A stretch of 64,000 nucleotides of DNA from the human T2T-CHM13v2.0 reference genome, Homo sapiens: NCBI RefSeq assembly GCF_009914755.1, contig NC_060925.1. One strand, written 5' to 3'. The position numbers were made by a program, and so were the translations under genes. The notes under the pieces are model-generated. The model had not been told where the DNA came from, did no database searches, and saw only the letters and a program-made list of their open reading frames with translations. Positions 56,001-64,000 of the stretch are shown here, one piece after another (the stretch's first letter is position 1; each line of letters begins with the position of its first letter).

Positions 56001-56649
56001 CGCAGTTAGGGAGAAAAGATGTTTTTCTTGGGTACCATGCCAAACCTGGGCAGAGCAAGGGGCTTCTAGGCTAGAGAAGCAGACTACAGGGGAACCTAAC
56101 TATACAGCCCTTAAGACAAGCCTGCTTCCACCTGTAGTCTAAGGAGGTGTGTGACTAAGGAGCCATGCCTTTCCTCTCCTGTCCTCCATCCAGCTCCTGG
56201 ATCCTGGAGAAGAGACCTATAGTGGTGAACCGTGGTCCCTCCTGTGTGTTGGTTGCCAGTGAGAGTTCACCCAACTGCATTGGGGAGCCCAGAGCTCCTC
56301 ACATCTGGAAGGGACATGCTGGAAAGAGGACATGGGAATGATTGGTTTCAAATAAGGTGGCAATGATGTGGGCACAAGAGTGGTGAGATGGAGAAATTTC
56401 CCAGGAAGCTTCACAGGAAATGGAAGCCTGCAGCTGTATCTTTAAGCCCTGGCGGTGACTGCGTTGCTAAAATCCAGCATGAAGCCCCTCTGAACCAAAC
56501 AGGAGGAGTGGGTAGGGAAAAGAAGGGTGTTAAGACAGTCAGCAGTGCAGGGTCTTTGTCCTGCTCAGGTCCTGGCCTGAAGCGTTTCTTATCTTTCATG
56601 AGTTCCTTACATTTAAGCCGGTTCCAAGTAGCTGGATGAGAAGTCATGA

Positions 56650-57082
<433 letters not shown>

Positions 57083-60000
57083 TAAGAGGTGTTGTAAGCC
57101 CCAGGGCATGGGCACATAGGCCTTGCCCTAGCTGCTGCCTTCTTTGGTGTGCGAGTTCTCAAAAGAAGGGAGCCCCAGGTGCTAAAAATGTCCCCCAGTG
57201 CAGCTCTGCTGTTGGTCCAGCCAGTGACAGGTGTTGGAACAGCACACTGCTGGAGGCGGTCTTGGAGTGGAGAGGGTTGGGCTGCTGCCTTGTGACTCCC
57301 TACCATCTTTAGTTCTCTCTGTCGCCTGTTGGGAGGGGTGAGGAGAGGTGGCAAGGAGCAAGGCACCTTCTGTCCCCCGTGGCAACTGATGGGATTTAAT
57401 CGCCTTTTGGAACACAATTGTTAAGCTAGGACAGAGGGAGTGCAGGCAGAAGGAGCAAGTATCAATGGTTTTAAACGGCGTCTGTCTCTCTGCGTCTCTC
57501 CTGACGTGAGGCAGTGAAACGCGTTATCGAGGAGGCCCGGAAAGTGGCTAAGTGCGTTTGACACACGCCAACTCCCTGCCTCCACACTGGATAATTGCAT
57601 TGTCAACTGTTCAGCGAGGTGGCAGGTGACACTGCAGGCCGATTGATTGTCCCGCATCGCAGCTCCCCAGACTGTCAGCTCCCCAATCGATGGCGTTTAC
57701 ACAAGACACCGTAACTGCATCTGTAACTAATTCCAGTGTAAAACTCGCCGGAAGCTGCTGCCCCTGCCCTCCGTGTTGGAGAGCACAGGCCCCTGGAGGG
57801 CCCCGAGACGTTTCCTTTCTCCCTGGGCTCTGGTTTTGTTGGGAGCAGCAGGTGAGGAAATCGATGCCTCCTTTTTTGTGGTTTCAGGTTCCAGGACGAT
57901 ACTGCCCCCAGTAAACGGGCATCTCCAGTTTCTCAATCGATCATCTGATCAATTGATTAAATTAACACTGATTTTTTTTTTCTCCCTTCTCAATAACCCA
58001 GGAAGAAATGAGTTTATGGGAGAAGGGTCGTTTTTATAAAACGTAGACCTGTGTTTCATTTCTGCACTTAACTCTCTCCCTCTTTGTTGCTCAGTTTTCA
58101 CTGTGAGGAGAAGGATATTTTTTTTTGCACTACCCACCCCGCCAGGAATGGACAACTCTGGCACCACCCTGCTGGGTATCATTGACCATCAGGCTTAGGT
58201 TGCCTATGGGTGGGGGCTCAGGCCTTTATGCCACTTTAAGCTGGGGCAGAACTGTAGCAAGAGGCCCTCCCTGGTGACTGAAGGGTACTCTGGGCCATCT
58301 TGGAGGTCCTGGGGGCTGAGTTCCTTCCCTAGATAGCAGTAGTAGGAGTGGCAGCTTGCCTGTTATCGCTGGAGCTACATGGAAGAGGAGCCAGAGACTT
58401 GGAAAGGAGCTGTCTGTGCCATCTTGCCTCTGAGTACTGGCTTGGGATATTCCAGCAGCTGAGAACATCAAACGACTGTGGAGCCTTCCTCTCCAAGCGG
58501 GAGGCGGGGCAAGCTGGCGGGGGCGCTGTCTGCATAAAACGGCTTTATGGCCGTTTCTTTTTATTATGATTCTGCCAGAAGTCAGCAAGTGACATTTCAT
58601 TAAGAAAATAAAGTTTAATGTGCTGGGAAAGAGGTTGGAGCAGGCTGGGGCAGCACAAGAGTGAAATTGGCAGCAGCAGCCTGTTCTGAACACCTGTGGG
58701 GGTAGGGAGAGGTTCCCAACATCTGTCTCAGCTGGAGGATGGGGTCAGGGTCAGAGTGAATGGCTCAGACCAGAGGCAGAGGCCTTTTCTTTGGCAAACA
58801 AAGTGTGTCGTGCTGTCCATCCTGCCTCACTGGCCAGCGGAACAGAAAGCTGCTGCCCGGCTGGGAGCTGGGATCTGATAAGGAAAGTTGTATCCTGAGA
58901 GATTTCTCTAGGCCACCAGCTAACTAGGACCTAATAGAGCAGTGTCGCCAGTGTTTAGCCAGTACTGCTGGGGTGTGCTGTGTGGCACCAGCCATTAGCC
59001 TGGCCAGCTCTGCTGGGTGATGCTGAGATCACAACAGTGAGTCAAACTTGGGACCCTTGCAGCTTCCACTCTGGTGAGGGACAGTGACAATAGGTGGTAA
59101 TAAATATGATTTTGGAGTTACACAGGATTCTGGGTGGACACCAGGGAAGGGACACCTGTGTATAAGAACGTGGGAAGCCCCATCTGCCACGCAGAGCACC
59201 ATGAGGATAGGGATCAGATCTTGAAGCTCTCTATTCTCAACATGGAGCCAAACAGAGGATGAGCCCAATAAAGGTTGAAAGAATGGCATTGAGGTGAGAG
59301 TTCTTTCCTTTAGCAGGGATTTAGAGAGCAGCTGCTCTGTGTGGGCACTGTGAGTTAATGGTAGGAGGCATGGTTGGGCTGAGTCAGACTTGCCAAAGGA
59401 GCAGGCATGTATATTGTAGACCAGGAGGGAGAAGGTTCTAGGCAGAGAGCAGGAGGTGCGGAGGCATGGGGGCATGAGAAAGCACAGGATTTGGGAGACC
59501 ACAGTAGCTCTGTTTAATGGAGTATGAGTCCTGGGCCAGGCATGGTGGGCAGTAAGACTACAGAGAAAAGGACTTCAGGCTACAGGGCTGCTTTCTGCGT
59601 TGAGAAGCTGGGGCTTTTCCTGGCAGCTTTGGGGTACCCTGTTTTCTCTGCTTTGCCATGGAGCCATATTGGGCTCACATGTGGTGCCAGGGTTCTCTGC
59701 TTTCCACTTATAAGGCAGGGCTAGGCAGGGCCAGGCCGAGCAGAAGATGTGAGGCCAGCTGCTGAGCTGCGTGTACTTGGGGAAGGGGGGTTGGCAGGAC
59801 TTGGGTGCCGCAAGCTGTAAGTGAACCTGATAGCTACATTCTGATTGATGGTGGAGTTTGTCTCCCAAACTGTCAGAGGGTTTATGGAGGTGCCACTCAC
59901 CCACAAGGCGGGAATTGCTTGTCAGGACACCTGGCCGTGTACAGGAGACAGAGCTGTAACTTGGTGTTTTCTCAGCTTAATGGCCCTGCTGCTGACCTGA

Positions 60001-61623
60001 CCTGCCTGCTGCCTCAAGTGTGTCAGTGCCTCAGGGTAGAGGGCAAATGAGGACTGTCAGGGAGAGGTGGATTGCAGGCTGTGCCTGGCATCTTTCCTTC
60101 CCGATGCTGCTTGCCTTTGGGATTGGTGGTATCTTTGTGAGACCAGAGACTGGTGGGGTAGAAGGGAGAAGGATCAAGACTCAGTGTTTTTCAGGGCTTG
60201 AAAAATGGAGAACATTCCAGATGGAGTGAATAGCATGAGCAGGGGTCTTAAGAGCAGCATATACAGGCTATGTTTGTGGTTTGGTGAGCAGCCTGTGTGT
60301 GCACATGCATGGGGTTTACAGAGTGAATTAGTAGAGAGCAAGAGTAAAGACATAGATGGACCCAGATCTTCATGGATCTGGCTGAGGAGCCTGGGCTTGG
60401 TTGTGCATGCAGTGGGGAGCCATCAATGGTTTTGGAGCAGGAGGAAAGGTGGTCAGAACTCAGTGGTAAGCAGAATGAAGGAACAGATAAGAGGCCTGAG
60501 GACTCCCTACAAGACATACCCTAATGAGAGTATAAGGACCTGAGAGGAAAGAGTGGACAAGCAGAAATGTCTGAAATCATCAGGCAGATACTAAGCTGCT
60601 TCCTCACTTCTTTAAGGATTTCCTTGCTGATCCCAGTAGCCACAGAGTCTCACATTCTTTTGTCCCTGGCAGGGCTGTGCTGGCTAGTGAGGTGTGGTCT
60701 GAGACCCACCAGGAGGAAGTGGGGAGCTGGGGGGAACAGCTCTATAGCACTTGACCCTAGGCTATCAGGAAGGGTGGTCCTGGATGTCAGAGAGATCGCC
60801 TGGCAGGTGAGCAGGCCTGGTGTAGCCCCAGCAGCCCGCCCCTCCCTCTGAGCTGAGAGTCCGTCTGTGGCTGTGCCAGATGCACCTCAGGGGTCAGCCA
60901 CTTGCGTGGCCCATGGCCTGGCCTCCGCTCAGCCTGGTTGCCTTCATGGACTGCTTTGAGAAGTAGGTGTGCATGCCTGTCCTCCCTCGTCTGTCCCTTC
61001 TTAATCCCTTTATAACTGCACTTGTCCAGGAATCTGGGCTGAGTGAGGTGGAGATGAATAATTAATGTCAGGCGCTTCAGACACCAAATATTTGAACAGC
61101 TGCCTGGTGTTTTTGCTGGCAAGGACCTAGCGGCCAAAATCAGGATGTTGGCCGGGGGTCCCACTCTGTGGCTCTGATTGGCCTTAGCCAGCCTGTTCTC
61201 TCCTCTGATGGACTTGTCAGGCTGGATAATGGGGCATAGGGGAGGCCCCACTCTTTTCCTGTGAAATTCCTAGACCTGAATTTTTCTGTCCTCTTACTGT
61301 TCTTCCTAGACCTGGAAGATAGGTGGACAGCAGGCCTGGGCTGAGTGTCCCCGAGGACGTGACATAATATATGAATGGGCTAGTTTATGAGCAGAGACCA
61401 CTTGGAGCAGCATGCAGTAGCAGAGAAAGATGAGGTTTGCAGAGTGAAGGGCCTGAAATGTCAGGGTCAGGGGCACTGAAGTATCTGGCTCTATACATCC
61501 CAGGCCCAGGTTTCCCTCTGGGCCTTATCAGGTCCAAAGCCTAACCCCTACCTGGAGGCAACAGGAGGGGCACCCTTGGCCTCGTCTTGTCCCCAGGCCC
61601 TCCTCACACCCTGCTTCCCACAG

Positions 61624-61720
61624 GCTCTGGCTTCATCATGTGCAGCGGCAAAGAGAACCCGGACAGTGATGCTGACTTGGATGTGGATGGGGATGACACT
61701 CTGGAGTATGGGAAGCCACA
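61624..61720 (+). CDS. RNF220: RNF220 exon 9 (97 nt): (G)SGFIMCSGKENPDSDADLDVDGDDTLEYGKP(Q)
   Basis: ttcccacag acceptor; ends at a U12-type donor |GTATCCTT. Confidence 0.95.
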
Positions 61721-61920
61721 GTATCCTTGGAGCACTATGGGGGCTGGTGGGGCTGATAGGGCAGGCACAGGGAATAAGAAAAGTAGCTCTTCTAGTATTC
61801 ACCTGCACCACCCCCCGGGCCAGAGTCTCAGCTTTGGCCAGGAGGGCCATGCTCTCCTGAGGATTCAACCCTCATAGCCTGCTGCAAACTAGGATCCATT
61901 GTCCTTGACCACCATGCCAG
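61721..61920 (+). other. RNF220: U12-type (minor spliceosome) GT-AG intron, 200 nt
   Basis: 5' site GTATCCTT; branch box TCCTTGAC at 61902-61909, 11 nt before the terminal AG; no polypyrimidine tract. Confidence 0.9.
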
Positions 61921-62007
61921 ATACACAGAGGCTGATGTCATCCCCTGCACAGGCGAGGAGCCTGGTGAAGCCAAGGAGAGAGAGGCACTTCGGGGCGCAG
62001 TCCTAAA
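61921..62007 (+). CDS. RNF220: RNF220 exon 10 (87 nt): (Q)YTEADVIPCTGEEPGEAKEREALRGAVL(N)
   Basis: Frame continues from exon 9; only the GC donor AA|gcaagt joins the next exon in frame. Confidence 0.92.
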
Positions 62008-62146
62008 GCAAGTGTGGGCACAGGCTTGGGCGGGTGGAGCAGAGAAACAGGAAGCCCTGAGGCAGGGGTTAACGCAGTACTGACCCTCAGGGCTGTCCTG
62101 CCCGCCTTCAGGCCTCACTTTGTTTTTCCTCCCTCCTTTCCTCCAG

Positions 62147-62202
62147 TGGCGGCCCTCCCAGCACGCGCATCACACCTGAGTTCTCTAAATGGGCCAGTGA
62201 TG
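62147..62202 (+). CDS. RNF220: RNF220 exon 11 (56 nt): (N)GGPPSTRITPEFSKWASD(E)
   Basis: Long pyrimidine tract + ccag acceptor, ATG|gtaagt donor. Confidence 0.94.
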
Positions 62203-62335
62203 GTAAGTCCTGCCCCAGGTTAGGAGTAATGGGGGAGAGGGGGTATCCCTAGATGGTGGTGACTGACTCAAGCCCAACCCCTCACCTGTGCTGCCCAGTC
62301 TGGCCGGAGTGTGAGTTGCCCCTCTGTCCCAGCAG

Positions 62336-62414
62336 AGATGCCATCCACCAGCAATGGTGAAAGCAGCAAGCAGGAGGCCATGCAGAAGACCTGCAAGAAC
62401 AGCGACATCGAGAA
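62336..62414 (+). CDS. RNF220: RNF220 exon 12 (79 nt): (E)MPSTSNGESSKQEAMQKTCKNSDIE(K)
   Basis: CAGCAG tandem acceptor, GAA|gtaagt donor. The next exon was not found in the window. Confidence 0.93.
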
Positions 62415-62579
62415 GTAAGTGTTTGGCCAGGAGAGAGCCCTGGGACCACAGTTCAGTGGGAGGAGGGGCCCTTTGCTAGCAGGAAGGCCTGCTGCCAGGG
62501 CTTCTGGCCCTCCCAAGTGCAGCTCAGTGCTGCTGCCCTGGGCACACAGCCGGCAGTGGAGCCCAGCTGGTGCTAAGCG

Positions 62580-63570
62580 TGACTCTGTGAATTGATCACT
62601 GGGCCACGGCCCCGGAAGCCTTGGCGGTGGGAGGAGCAGTCCACCCGCCTGCCTGCCTGCCTGCCCGCCTGCTGCGGCGGCCTTCGCCCGGGGAATGTGA
62701 TGTATGGCCGCCCAGCCCAGCCGGCACACTTGATTCATCTCCAGTTTCTGTTTCTTAATCGGGAGCTAAATTGGTTTCATTTTTCTTGTCCCGGGTGGCA
62801 CTCGCAGTGGATTTTAGGCAGGAACATTGGGTATCATCACTTCTGGTAGGAATTTTTGGCCTGGGTTCTCTGGCAGAGGAAAAGGGATCCATTAGCACTT
62901 TGCCCAGGGCTGAGCAACCCCTGGCCTGGATCCCTGGGAACCACAAAGATTTGGTATCAGCTGGGCATCTTCCTGCCTTCCCAGAAGCCCAAGGAAGGCC
63001 AGTTCTGGCCTCAGGAGATGGCATTGTCCAGTCTAGGCTGCCTGGTGCTGCTGCCATTGGTCATTGCTTAACTCCAGTACCCACCCCACCTTCTGACTGC
63101 AGGCTAGGTTGCCTGGGGTTAAAAGGCAGCCTCTTCATTCCAGGGCCAGTGTTCCATCTTTGCCTCCTGCCAGGAGAGTGGATTGGAGGCCGGTGCAGGG
63201 CCGGGTCGGTGGCCCAGGGTCACCTCCCATTTGTTTCCCTCCATTTTGTGTTGTCATAAATTCATTCCAGCCCGTTGTGGTTGATCAGTTTATCTCGGCC
63301 GGGGCCGCGAGTGCTGCTGGCATGATGTATGGGCCGCGGCGCAGGGCCCGGCTGCCCATGAATCACCGCAGCTGCTCCGTGTCAGCGCCGGAGCGGGCCG
63401 TATGGGTTCTGCGCAACCAGCTTGTGGTGGGGAGGAATGACGTATGGATGTTTATTTAATAATTCTCTCCTACTCCAGCTGAGCAGGGCGGGCGGGGTTG
63501 TAAGGGGCACCCACCCTCGTCTGGAGGGGCTGCTCATAAATCAGAAAGACAAGATCATTAATCAGGGATG
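62580..63570. promoter_or_regulatory. Putative PBX-HOX/MEIS enhancer in intron 12
   Basis: Five TGATNNATKR matches plus TGTCA sites in CpG-retaining, repeat-free sequence. Confidence 0.6.
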
Positions 63571-64000
63571 GCGCCCGAGGGGGAGGTGGGGGCAGAGCCA
63601 GTGGCTTCCATGAAGGTACAACCCACCCAAGGCTGGGGGGAGCCAGGATTTCTGTCCCACCTGTGTGAGCACAGGCACCCGTAGGCAGGGATCTCCATGA
63701 TGAGGTGGAGACTGGCTCAGTCATGTGCAGAGCTCTCCACTGGGTCTGGATCTGCTGAGACTGGGGCCCATCAGTCCCCGTGATTTCTCTATTTCTTGCC
63801 CTAGATCTGTTTTACTACTCAGGGAAAAGGAATGGTAGGATGCCATGGCTCCTCCAGGAATCTCCCCACCCCATGCCCTGGAGGGACTCAGGAATAGCTC
63901 ACAGCCAGCCTGGACCAGGGGTTGGAGGCTTGGGTATTTCGCCAGAGCCAAGATTGGAGGGCAGGTGTGTGCTGAGCACATCCAGGATAGGTAGGCTCTG

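Noticed and set aside
63361-63400. aatcaccg.. as a possible RNF220 exon 13 (ITE..)
   Set aside because: No acceptor, and the translation does not continue as RNF220; the RING exons lie outside the window.

Overview
Primate, almost certainly human, genomic DNA: Alu/MIR/L2/MaLR-rich with two CpG islands. The window covers the central part of RNF220 (RING E3 ubiquitin ligase) on the + strand. About 31 kb of the long intron 2 is followed by ten coding exons (called exons 3-12 here from my recollection of the canonical model). They total 820 nt and splice in frame from ..CKKKAAALFDSQAPICPIC.. to ..KTCKNSDIEK; the RING exons lie beyond the window. Nearly all entries in the ORF track are spurious. 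The notable structure is non-canonical splicing and regulation: an AG|GTAAGA recursive-type acceptor at exon 3; an alternative donor that adds a whole C2HC zinc finger to exon 7; a U12 intron, a GC-AG intron and a NAGNAG acceptor in three consecutive introns; an internal CpG-island promoter giving an in-frame N-truncated isoform; and many homeodomain-rich elements, including a dense PBX-HOX (TGATNNATKR) cluster in intron 12. Repeat oddities are a 51-bp flank copied from one Alu locus to another 4.2 kb away, a 56-bp double-hairpin retro-insertion and a 76-bp VNTR. I found no prokaryote-type system. Gene identity, exon numbers and literature links come from memory and were not searched.
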